A stretch of DNA of 64,000 nt from an uncultured Christensenella sp. (GTDB taxonomy: Bacteria; Bacillota; Clostridia; Christensenellales; UBA1242), in contig CAZOFH010000002.1 of assembly GCA_964579205.1 (NCBI GenBank), forward strand, positions 21,108 to 85,107, written 5' to 3'. Under the pieces are notes generated by a model. That model saw nothing but the letters and a program-made list of their open reading frames with translations. It was not told the DNA's origin and made no database searches. A program made the position numbers and the translations under genes. Shown piece after piece: positions 17,845 through 25,416 of this stretch (position 1 is its first letter; each line of letters opens with the position of its first letter).

Positions 17845-18897
17845 TTATTTATCAAAAAACTGCGAGTTATATAGAATTTCGGGCGTGGAGGGATGGATGG
17901 ACTTCGCGAGGTCGTGATATTCCTTTGCCTTGCCCCGATTATTGAGAAAATAGTAGCAGATGCTCAAATCCAAATATGGGCGGTAATTATGAAAATCCGG
18001 CTCAATCCACCCAAAATCTACGCGCGGCAGCGTTGTCGCCAAATTCAACCACTCGACAGCGTACGTGTACGATTTTTGTTGCATCAGAATTTCGGCGAGC
18101 AGGCAAGCCACCTTGGCTCTAGGAGCGGCGAAAATGAAGGACTGGATGAGGGCGGATTGAGCGAGTTTGAGTTTATTCAACCTAATATAGCAGTCAGACT
18201 TTAGCACGCACGCATCAATCTTATTTTCCACCCAGCCGCTCGAGGCAAGGAATTGGTCAAAGGCGGTAATAGCCTTTTTGTAATAGCCATTGTAATACAG
18301 TTCCCGCGCGTAATAATATTGCGCCCGCGGAGAGAGTGCCTTGCCTGATTTTAGGATTTTGCGATAAATATTTAGGTTGCGTTTTGCTGGGGTGGGGTGT
18401 ACCTTTTTGTGCAAAATCTCCACATCGCAGTACTCAATTTTGCCTGCAGGGGTGATGACCTCGTGGACAGGTTCTTGCCAAACATAGCCAACAACTCTGC
18501 GTAAAATCCGCTCTCGATAGTAATAGAACTCGTTCGGCACCTCTGAGACTACATACTTTGCCATTACGCAGTCGGGCGAGTCGGGGAGGCTGAGCCGCTG
18601 CTTGAGCCGCAGCATCTTTTGCTGATTTTCGGTGTCGATAAAATCGTCCGCATCCAGCCACATAATGTAGTCTGCAGTGCTCTTTGAAAAACTGAAATTT
18701 CGCGCCTTGCCAAAATCATCGCACCACGCAAAATCAAAAATCAAATCGGAGTAGCGCGCAGCAATTTTTTTGGTCGCATCACGGCTGCCCGTGTCTACAA
18801 TGACGATTTCGTCCGCAAAACTCTTGACGCAATCCAGACACCGCGCGAGCACAGCCTCTTCGTCGCGCACAATCATACATACGCCTAGTGTAATCAT
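17845..18897 (-). CDS. family-2 glycosyltransferase with C-terminal TPR-like repeats
   Basis: GT2 core VCMIVRDEEAVLARCLDCV...EIVIVDTGSRDATKKIA...WLDADD. Helical repeat C-terminal half. Start set to ATG 18897 because the ORF-track TTG 18945 lies inside the upstream gene's terminator hairpin. Confidence 0.85.
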   Translation of the reverse strand: MITLGVCMIVRDEEAVLARCLDCVKSFADEIVIVDTGSRDATKKIAARYSDLIFDFAWCDDFGKARNFSFSKSTADYIMWLDADDFIDTENQQKMLRLKQRLSLPDSPDCVMAKYVVSEVPNEFYYYRERILRRVVGYVWQEPVHEVITPAGKIEYCDVEILHKKVHPTPAKRNLNIYRKILKSGKALSPRAQYYYARELYYNGYYKKAITAFDQFLASSGWVENKIDACVLKSDCYIRLNKLKLAQSALIQSFIFAAPRAKVACLLAEILMQQKSYTYAVEWLNLATTLPRVDFGWIEPDFHNYRPYLDLSICYYFLNNRGKAKEYHDLAKSIHPSTPEILYNSQFFDK

Positions 18898-18930
18898 AAT
18901 CTTTTTATATGCGGCGGGGATGTTTCTTGT

Positions 18931-18954
18931 TAAAAAAAACAGCAAAACTGCTGT
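18931..18954 (-). terminator. intrinsic terminator of lipoprotein gene 18973-19980
   Basis: On the minus strand, ACAGC-AGTTTT-GCTGT followed by TTTTTTTT. Confidence 0.6.
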
Positions 18955-18972
18955 TTTTGTTTGTTTTTATGC

Positions 18973-19980
18973 TTAGTCTTGTTTGTTTTGCTGCTCATTC
19001 GGCTTGATTTCTATGACGATAGAGCCTTTGTCATCGGTTTGGGTGGTGTGAATGTCAAAACGCTGATTGGTCGTTTCGTCCGTCGTGCTGCCAGTATCTG
19101 AGCCAGCGCTAGATTGCTGCGCGTTTTTATTCTTGAGGCACAGCACTAGAGTGAGTATCAGCCCGAATATTATGGTGAGAACTATTGCCAAAGTGTACCA
19201 AGCGACGCGGTTTTGATAAGTGATATAGTTTTTGTAAACTACCATTTCAGCAGGCGGGTTGAGTAGAGTCCCTTGCCAAAAGAATGCTGAATAAGCGACG
19301 TTGTTTTCGGTCGCGTTGACCCCTTTGGGCATCAGAATAGTGCCTGCTTCGCTCGCGTTGGCACGGTAGCCATATTCGTGCGGGAAGCACTTTACAATGC
19401 CTAGCACAATAGAATCCATCAAATCATTGCATTTTGCGGTGTCACCGCCGCAGAATGTAGCCAAAAAGTCATTATAAATCGTCTGATACGGAATGTAGAT
19501 GCCGAGGGTAGAGGTGACCAAATTGCCTGCGTCATCAGTCAGGCAGGTGCGCTGTACGATGTATTGTGACACAAACAGCCCCTCTTCGATTTCGGGCTCA
19601 GAATTCTCTATCTCTTCCGCTGTAATGCCGAAAAATGTGCAATAATCAGCGAATGATGCAAAGTACAAGCCAAAATTGTACTCATACGAGTCCGTCGTGC
19701 CGAACCCGTGCTTTATGCTGACGCCAGTCATACTGCCGCCGTGCGCTCGCAAAAAGTCCTCCTGCTGGTCGGCGTAATTTTTGATTTTGAGCATCACTAG
19801 ATTGGGATTGATGCCTGCGCTTTGGCACGCCGCGCTGTCGACTTTGATTTGAAATTCCGTGCTACGCGAGCCGTCCAAATAGTATACAGAGTATTGCGAA
19901 GTCGTGCTGCACCCAGCGAATAGCAAGATAGAGCATAGTAATAGGCAGCAGCAACAACTCCAAGTCCTTAATTTTTGCAC
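18973..19980 (-). CDS. hypothetical lipoprotein with C-terminal TM helix and S/T/Q-rich tail
   Basis: GTG start 8 nt after AGGAGA. Signal peptide with lipobox LLFAGC. TM WYTLAIVLTIIFGLILTLVLCL near the C-terminus. Confidence 0.8.
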   Translation of the reverse strand: MQKLRTWSCCCCLLLCSILLFAGCSTTSQYSVYYLDGSRSTEFQIKVDSAACQSAGINPNLVMLKIKNYADQQEDFLRAHGGSMTGVSIKHGFGTTDSYEYNFGLYFASFADYCTFFGITAEEIENSEPEIEEGLFVSQYIVQRTCLTDDAGNLVTSTLGIYIPYQTIYNDFLATFCGGDTAKCNDLMDSIVLGIVKCFPHEYGYRANASEAGTILMPKGVNATENNVAYSAFFWQGTLLNPPAEMVVYKNYITYQNRVAWYTLAIVLTIIFGLILTLVLCLKNKNAQQSSAGSDTGSTTDETTNQRFDIHTTQTDDKGSIVIEIKPNEQQNKQD

Positions 19981-20130
19981 TCAATTCATCTCCTACAAGT
20001 ATTATTAACAATAATAGCAAGAATACGCAAAAAAATCAAACATTTTAATTAAATTTGCCACAAAAATAGATATTCCGCCGATATATTATGCTCGCAAATG
20101 CCAAAATATCAAAAAACAGGGCAAAATTGT

Positions 20131-20160
20131 TTGACACTGCGGGTCGTTTTTTTGTATAAT
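20131..20160 (+). promoter_or_regulatory. sigma-A promoter (TTGACA-18-TATAAT)
   Basis: TTGACA 20131-20136, TATAAT 20155-20160, upstream of ORF 20236. Confidence 0.65.
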
Positions 20161-20235
20161 TAAACAAACTGTAGTATAATCTTTGTTTTTTCTACAGAAA
20201 ATAAGATGAAGCTATAAAAAATTTGGGAGGGAGAA

Positions 20236-21147
20236 ATGCACGGGAATACCAAATCAAAGTTTTGGGTAATTCTGGCTATCGCGTGTGCGCTCGTTTTGAC
20301 CGTTGCGATGCTGTTTTGCGGCTGTGCTGCTAGTACTGGGCAGATGAATGCTGACCAAAATGGTGGCAATGGGTCTCTTGATACTACTGTCGTGGAGGGG
20401 AATAACAAACTCGTCAATGGCGGCTCTACTACCACCTCGGGTGGTGTGGTGACTGCTGTGCCTGACTCTGGGTACGAATTGGCTTATTGGACTCGTACCA
20501 AGAGTAGCGTGGCTAGCAAGTTCGCTACTACCAAGACTGTGACCCCGGGGACAGGGGAGACTTTTGCGCCTACCTTTTTGTCGACCTCTAGTTTTACCCT
20601 AGTTAGCACGGCAGCCCAACTCAAGACGGCTATGGCTGGCGGGCAGAATATCAAACTTACAGCAGATATCGTGACTACTACGTCTACATTTACTCCTGCT
20701 ACTACATACGGGGGCGTGCTGGATGGTGCTGGGCACAAAGTAACGCTCAACTACTCATCTAGCGATGCGAATATCGGCGGCTTGTGCGTTACCTTGACCG
20801 GTGTCATCAAAAATCTAGTACTAGCAGGCAAGGTCACTGGTAGTGGTACTAGTGCTAGTCAGGCAGTCGGCGGATTTGCATCTGCTATCAATGGTGGGCT
20901 GATTTCGCAATGTGTCAACGAAGTGGCTGTTAGTTCAAAGGCGGGAGTCGCAGGTGGTTTTGTCGCAAAGGCGACCAACACGGCTGCTCGTACTAGCACC
21001 ATCAATGGCTGTATCAACCGCGGCTCAATTATCGCTGCTAATGCTGGTGCGGTAATCTTTACCAACGGTACCGCTGCTTCGCCATTGACCAACCTCGTAG
21101 ACAACAAAAACTACGGCGCAATCCAGACCAACACTATTGCATCATAA
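20236..21147 (+). CDS. surface lipoprotein with InlB-B-repeat-like and GLUG-like motifs
   Basis: Signal peptide plus lipobox (LFCGC). VTAVPDSGYELAYWT (Listeria-Bacteroides repeat-like). IGGLCVTLTGVIKNLVLAGKV, AVGGFASAINGGLISQCVN and VAGGFVAKA (GLUG-like). Confidence 0.8.
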   Translation: MHGNTKSKFWVILAIACALVLTVAMLFCGCAASTGQMNADQNGGNGSLDTTVVEGNNKLVNGGSTTTSGGVVTAVPDSGYELAYWTRTKSSVASKFATTKTVTPGTGETFAPTFLSTSSFTLVSTAAQLKTAMAGGQNIKLTADIVTTTSTFTPATTYGGVLDGAGHKVTLNYSSSDANIGGLCVTLTGVIKNLVLAGKVTGSGTSASQAVGGFASAINGGLISQCVNEVAVSSKAGVAGGFVAKATNTAARTSTINGCINRGSIIAANAGAVIFTNGTAASPLTNLVDNKNYGAIQTNTIAS

Positions 21148-21286
21148 AATATTAGTATGTGCCCAAAAAACTGCGGTGCATACTTTTATTTTGCAAAAAA
21201 GTGCACCTTTTCGCCAAAAGTTGTACCATAGAACACTTGATTTTTGCGCCGCTGTAGTATATAATATCCAAAAAACGGGGCAAAAA

Positions 21287-21634
21287 ATGGGTTTTTGGGA
21301 TGTAATCAGCGGCACGGCAAAGGACAAAACTACCTCCAGTACTAGCCAAATCGGCGGGCTGGATATTTCGACTATGGACACTAGCCAAATCGGGATTTTC
21401 GCCCCCGTGACCTTTTACGACATTACGCAATTTGTGCGTAGAATGCGCGCAAATCTGCCGCTAATAGTCAACTTTATGGCTCTCGACCATTCCCAAGCCG
21501 AGCGAAGTCTAGACTTTGTCTGCGGCGCGGTGTGCGCTCTAAATGGTAGGTTCGAGAAAATCGGCGAGGGGATATACTTTTTCGCCCCGAGTAATGTCAA
21601 GTTACAAACAGACAAAAAGCACAAAAGGACATAA
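21287..21634 (+). CDS. sepF: cell division protein SepF
   Basis: MGFWD N-terminal membrane-targeting helix. C-terminal domain IFAPVTFYDITQFVRRMRANLPLIVNFMALDHSQAERSLDFVCGAVCALNGRFEKIGEGIYFFAPSNV. The ORF-track start 21137 runs through TATAAT at 21259. Confidence 0.88.
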   Translation: MGFWDVISGTAKDKTTSSTSQIGGLDISTMDTSQIGIFAPVTFYDITQFVRRMRANLPLIVNFMALDHSQAERSLDFVCGAVCALNGRFEKIGEGIYFFAPSNVKLQTDKKHKRT

Positions 21635-21636
21635 GA

Positions 21637-22113
21637 ATGCAGGTAAAATATTTTTATTTATTGTCGATTTTTATTATCGCTGGCGACTTGCTCACAAAGC
21701 ATTTTTTGGACGGCGTAGTAGCCCCTTTGATACCTAATTTCGTCAGCATCTGCAGCGCGCACAATTACGGCGCTAGCTGGAGTATTTTGAGCGGCGCGAC
21801 GTGGGTATTCATCGTGCTGGCGAGCGTTTTTGTCGTAGGAATGCTGGCTTTTGATATATTTTACAAAAAGGATTTTCGCGCGAATGGCTGGTACAAGACA
21901 GGCTTTGCTCTTCTCTTGGGCGGGATAATCGGCAACCTCGTCGACAGAATCGCGCTCGGCTATGTGCGCGACTTTATCAAACTTGAATTTATCAACTTCC
22001 CAATTTTCAACATCGCCGACATCGCCCTCACAGTAGGCTGCATCTGCATTATTATTTGGATGCTATTCTTCAGCTTTCGTGGCGAAAAAGAAAAAGAAAT
22101 GATAAAAGCATAA
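21637..22113 (+). CDS. lspA: lipoprotein signal peptidase II
   Basis: NYGASWSIL, GGIIGNLVDR, FPIFNIADIALTVG. Four TM segments. Confidence 0.93.
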   Translation: MQVKYFYLLSIFIIAGDLLTKHFLDGVVAPLIPNFVSICSAHNYGASWSILSGATWVFIVLASVFVVGMLAFDIFYKKDFRANGWYKTGFALLLGGIIGNLVDRIALGYVRDFIKLEFINFPIFNIADIALTVGCICIIIWMLFFSFRGEKEKEMIKA

Positions 22114-22128
22114 GGAGAAAATCCTCTT

Positions 22129-23052
22129 ATGGAGATAATAGAAATCACAGAGAGTGAACGCGGGGTGCGGCTGGACACCTTTTTGGTCGAACGTTACCCC
22201 AATTTTTCGCGTAGCGGGCTGCAGCAACTCATCAAAAAGGGTTGTATTCTCGTCAATCAAAAAGCCCAAAAGGCGGGCTATAGCCTGCGAGTCGGCGACA
22301 AAATCGCTGTCGAATTCCCAGAGCCTGTCGTTGTTGACCTCGTTCCGCAAGATATCCCTATCGATATCGTGTACGAAGACTCCGATGTGGCTGTAATCAA
22401 CAAGCCTCAAGGGTTGACTGTTCACCCGAGTCCGGGTCATCCCGACGGCACGCTGGTCAATGCGCTACTGTATCGCATAAAGGACTTGTCGGGTATAAAT
22501 GGCGAACTGCGTCCGGGGATAGTGCATAGACTAGATAAGGACACTAGCGGGCTGATGTTGGTGGCAAAAAACGATACCGCTCACCGCGATTTGGCGAAAC
22601 AAATCGCAGAAAAAACTTGCTTGCGGCGTTATATCGCGCTCTTGGAGGGGCGTTTCCCTTATACTGAGTACACGCTGCAGACCTATTTTGCGCGTTCCTC
22701 TACCGATAGAAAGAAAATGGCGGTGACGGATAACCCTGACGATAGGGTGGCGATTACGCAGTTTGATGTAAAGGAGTATTTTGCAGGATATACGCTGTGT
22801 AATTGTACGCTCAAAACGGGGCGCACTCATCAAATCCGCGTCCATTCTGCCTACCTCGGGCACCCGATTGTCGGCGACTCTGTGTACGGCTACAAAAAGC
22901 AAAAGTTTAGACTAGCAGGGCAGTTGCTCCATTCTGAATATATCGAGTTTACCCACCCGCGGACAGGGGAGAGAATGTCGTTTTACGCAGAGTTGCCCGC
23001 TTATTTCCGTACAGTCGTGGAGACTTTGCGAAAAAAAGAGAATAATTCTTGA
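22129..23052 (+). CDS. rluD: RluA-family 23S rRNA pseudouridine synthase (RluD-like)
   Basis: N-terminal S4 domain (RLDTFLV...SRSGLQQLIKKGCILVN), catalytic HRLDKDTSGLMLVAK, GRTHQIRVH. Confidence 0.92.
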   Translation: MEIIEITESERGVRLDTFLVERYPNFSRSGLQQLIKKGCILVNQKAQKAGYSLRVGDKIAVEFPEPVVVDLVPQDIPIDIVYEDSDVAVINKPQGLTVHPSPGHPDGTLVNALLYRIKDLSGINGELRPGIVHRLDKDTSGLMLVAKNDTAHRDLAKQIAEKTCLRRYIALLEGRFPYTEYTLQTYFARSSTDRKKMAVTDNPDDRVAITQFDVKEYFAGYTLCNCTLKTGRTHQIRVHSAYLGHPIVGDSVYGYKKQKFRLAGQLLHSEYIEFTHPRTGERMSFYAELPAYFRTVVETLRKKENNS

Positions 23053-23078
23053 CAAGAATAGTATTAGTCTAGTATAAT
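23049..23078 (+). promoter_or_regulatory. sigma-A promoter (TTGACA-18-TATAAT)
   Basis: TTGACA 23049-23054 overlapping the rluD stop, TATAAT 23073-23078, then SD GAGGAGG. Confidence 0.65.
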
Positions 23079-23104
23079 GAATTAAATTGATTTGAGGAGG
23101 ATTT

Positions 23105-23410
23105 ATGTCAAATTTAAAGTTTAGACACGCGCTAAATTTTATGGGATTTTTGGCGACAATGCTAATCGCTGTGGCGTTGGTCATCTCGCTTTTGGTGTCG
23201 ATTTTTCAGCACGGCAGCGGAATAATGATTTTCAAAATCAGCGATTTTGTGTCAGCGCTGGTGTTTTGTTCTAGCCTTTTGGCGTACTTTATTACTATAA
23301 TTGCAGGTTTTTCGTATGCCAAGACAAAGAGTAATCGCTGGTTTTTGGCATTGCAAATCGTCGGCACTGTCCTGATTATTGCGGCAATTATCGTCGGTGC
23401 ATTTTTTTAG
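23105..23410 (+). CDS. hypothetical small membrane protein (3-4 TM)
   Basis: Strong SD GAGGAGG. Hydrophobic helices throughout. Confidence 0.75.
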   Translation: MSNLKFRHALNFMGFLATMLIAVALVISLLVSIFQHGSGIMIFKISDFVSALVFCSSLLAYFITIIAGFSYAKTKSNRWFLALQIVGTVLIIAAIIVGAFF

Positions 23411-23419
23411 GATGCGCGT

Positions 23420-23806
23420 ATGAGAGTACAAATTGATATTATCTGCATCCTGAGTGCGGTGGCGCTGGCGATTGCGAGCGCGTGCCTTATCTCTGTGTGG
23501 CAAGGGTTCTCGATTTTTACAGGCGTATTTATGGGGATTGCTAGCGGAATGTTCACCTTTAGGCGGTATCAAAAGATGCAGGCGTACAAAAAGCGAATTG
23601 ATGACCAAAAATATCTGGATGCGTACATTTACGCTGACGAAAATTACGCCGATTTTGACCCAAAGAATTTTGCATATTCCAAAAAAGAGGAAAAGCAAAT
23701 CAACGCCAATTTGCGCAGTCTCAAGAGTATGTTTTGGGCGGGGGCGGTGCTGACCGCTGCATCTATGCTACTCGTAGTATTCGGGATTTTGATGCTGATA
23801 GGATAA
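23420..23806 (+). CDS. hypothetical membrane protein (TM-TM-soluble loop-TM)
   Basis: Follows ORF 23105 by 9 nt. Hydrophobic N- and C-terminal segments. Confidence 0.7.
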   Translation: MRVQIDIICILSAVALAIASACLISVWQGFSIFTGVFMGIASGMFTFRRYQKMQAYKKRIDDQKYLDAYIYADENYADFDPKNFAYSKKEEKQINANLRSLKSMFWAGAVLTAASMLLVVFGILMLIG

Positions 23807-23837
23807 ATGATTGAGCGAGGAATGTCGCTCTTTTTTA

Positions 23838-23866
23838 TTGACAAAGGTTCAAAACTCTGCTATAAT
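23838..23866 (+). promoter_or_regulatory. sigma-A promoter (TTGACA-17-TATAAT) of tRNA-Leu
   Basis: TTGACA 23838-23843, TATAAT 23861-23866. The tRNA starts 9 nt later. Preceded by the GAGCGA/TCGCTC terminator of the upstream gene. Confidence 0.75.
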
Positions 23867-23874
23867 AATAATAT

Positions 23875-23961
23875 GCGGTTGTGGCGGAACGGCAGACGCG
23901 CTAGGTTCAGGTCCTAGTGGGTGTATAACCCGTGGAGGTTCAAATCCTCTCAACCGCACCA
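23875..23961 (+). tRNA. tRNA-Leu (anticodon CAG), long variable arm, CCA encoded
   Basis: Acceptor GCGGTTG/CAACCGC, anticodon stem CTAGG/CCTAG with loop TTCAGGT, long variable arm TGGGTGTATAACCCGTG, T loop TTCAAAT. Confidence 0.92.
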
Positions 23962-23973
23962 TTTAAAAAGCAT

Positions 23974-24006
23974 AGGTTTGATACGATAATTGTCAGACCT
24001 TTTTTC
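23974..24006 (+). terminator. intrinsic terminator after tRNA-Leu
   Basis: 8-bp stem AGGTTTGA/TCAGACCT (one G-U pair), 11-nt loop, TTTTTT. Confidence 0.7.
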
Positions 24007-24107
24007 TTTACAAACATTATGTAGATGGTTGCGGATATATTGAAAAAAATATGGTTTTTGTAGTATAATAAACTCATTGATAAATTGGAATTTATGGAGA
24101 TATTGAG

Positions 24108-24557
24108 ATGATAAAAAAATATAAAGTAGGTTTTGATATATGGGGATTGATGACTTTTATTTTTATTATGATTCCTAATTTTATTTGGTTTGCAGTTCCC
24201 GCCCCGAATGATATTTTAAGGGGAGAGTCAATTACAAAAATAGTAGATGTAATAGCATCTATATGTCAGGTACTAATGGTTATATCGTTATGTATATTCA
24301 TTAACCAAGATCGTAAAAAAATAAGTATCACACGATTTATTATAGCTACAATCATTTGTTGCTTACTGTATTTTGTATGTTGGATGTTTTATTATATCGG
24401 CGTGACGAATGCAATTGTTATATTAGGTTTGATTATTTTCCCATGTTTGGCATTTCTGTTTTTTGCTATTGACAGAAAAAACATGATTGCTGTTATACCT
24501 ATTGTAATATTTATGATATGCCATTTGATTTATGGAATGGTTAACTATATTATTTAA
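24108..24557 (+). CDS. hypothetical polytopic membrane protein in AT-rich islet
   Basis: 149 aa, 4-5 TM, SD GGAGAT. Codon composition is visibly far more AT-rich than the neighbouring genes. Confidence 0.7.
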   Translation: MIKKYKVGFDIWGLMTFIFIMIPNFIWFAVPAPNDILRGESITKIVDVIASICQVLMVISLCIFINQDRKKISITRFIIATIICCLLYFVCWMFYYIGVTNAIVILGLIIFPCLAFLFFAIDRKNMIAVIPIVIFMICHLIYGMVNYII

Positions 24558-24595
24558 TGATACTTGGTTTATCGAACAAAAAAATATAATTTATA

Positions 24596-24674
24596 TGTGT
24601 ACGCACTTTTTCCCTGCTGTACGCAAAATTTTAGAACTATACACACTTTTTACAAGGTGTACACAATTGTATAA
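24596..24674 (+). repeat. four direct repeats (G/C)T(G/A)TAC(G/A)CA(C/A) at about 20-bp spacing
   Basis: GTGTACGCAC (24597), CTGTACGCAA (24617), CTATACACAC (24637), GTGTACACAA (24657). Confidence 0.6.
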
Positions 24675-24737
24675 AAATAGGTAGTGGCACCAAGTTGACG
24701 AAAGGAAAATCCTTATTTTCCTACAACCAAATAAAAG

Positions 24738-24778
24738 TCGCAGAAATGTACATAGTATTGTGGTTTCTGCGATTTTTT
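24738..24778 (+). terminator. orphan intrinsic terminator in non-coding DNA
   Basis: 9-bp perfect stem TCGCAGAAA/TTTCTGCGA, 17-nt loop, TTTTTT. No CDS upstream within 180 nt. Confidence 0.6.
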
Positions 24779-25416
24779 GTTTTGTGAGATTTTTGAGAAA
24801 AATGTGGTTTTGGGCTTTTCAAGTCTTATTTGTGAGACTGGCAGGAGTCCAAAATTTTTGATTTTTATGAAAAATTAGAAAAAATCGAAGCCCATCGCAA
24901 AATCATAATAAAAAATCAAACAATCAAACTGAAAATCAAAAATAATATAATGCGTCCTCGCTTACTTGTGATATTTTGCTGGCAAAATCACAGTTTAGCT
25001 CACTGTATTATCAAAATAATAAAAAATCAATTTTTTATTCAGTTGCTCCGAGTGTTTTAAATATTATGGGATAGTAAGTATAATATAATTGAAGTTTTTT
25101 GAGTGAGAAATATCATATGATAAAAACGATACCTATTAATAACGAAATCGAATAGCCCAATATGCAAAACTAGAGAGCCCAAAACGGGCTTTCTTTTTGT
25201 TCGTCCAAACCGCCAAAAAATAAAAATCAACTCTATTTAATAAAAAACTAAAAAGAAAAAATTATCAAAAAATAATAAAAAATACGCAAAAAAATCAAAA
25301 AATAACCGAAAATGTATACGATTTTGTGTATAGTGTGATATAATAAAAATAGATTTAGCGAAAGGGAGAAAAATCCATTAGGGCTAAATTGGAATAAATA
25401 ATAAAGGAGCGAATGA

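Noticed and set aside
17676-17945. 89-aa ORF overlapping tRNA-Gly, and the 61-aa ORF 35462-35647 overlapping tRNA-Asn
   Set aside because: Both run straight through hand-folded, canonical tRNA genes and their terminators.
24593-24682. 29-codon ORF (MCTHFFPAVRKILELYTLFTRCTQLYKNR) inside the repeat array
   Set aside because: It has no SD, and the frame is created by the periodic GTACRCA repeats themselves.
24007-25416. Calling the AT-rich islet a mobile element or prophage remnant
   Set aside because: No integrase, transposase, terminal inverted repeats or duplicated tRNA 3' end is visible. It is reported only as a compositional anomaly.
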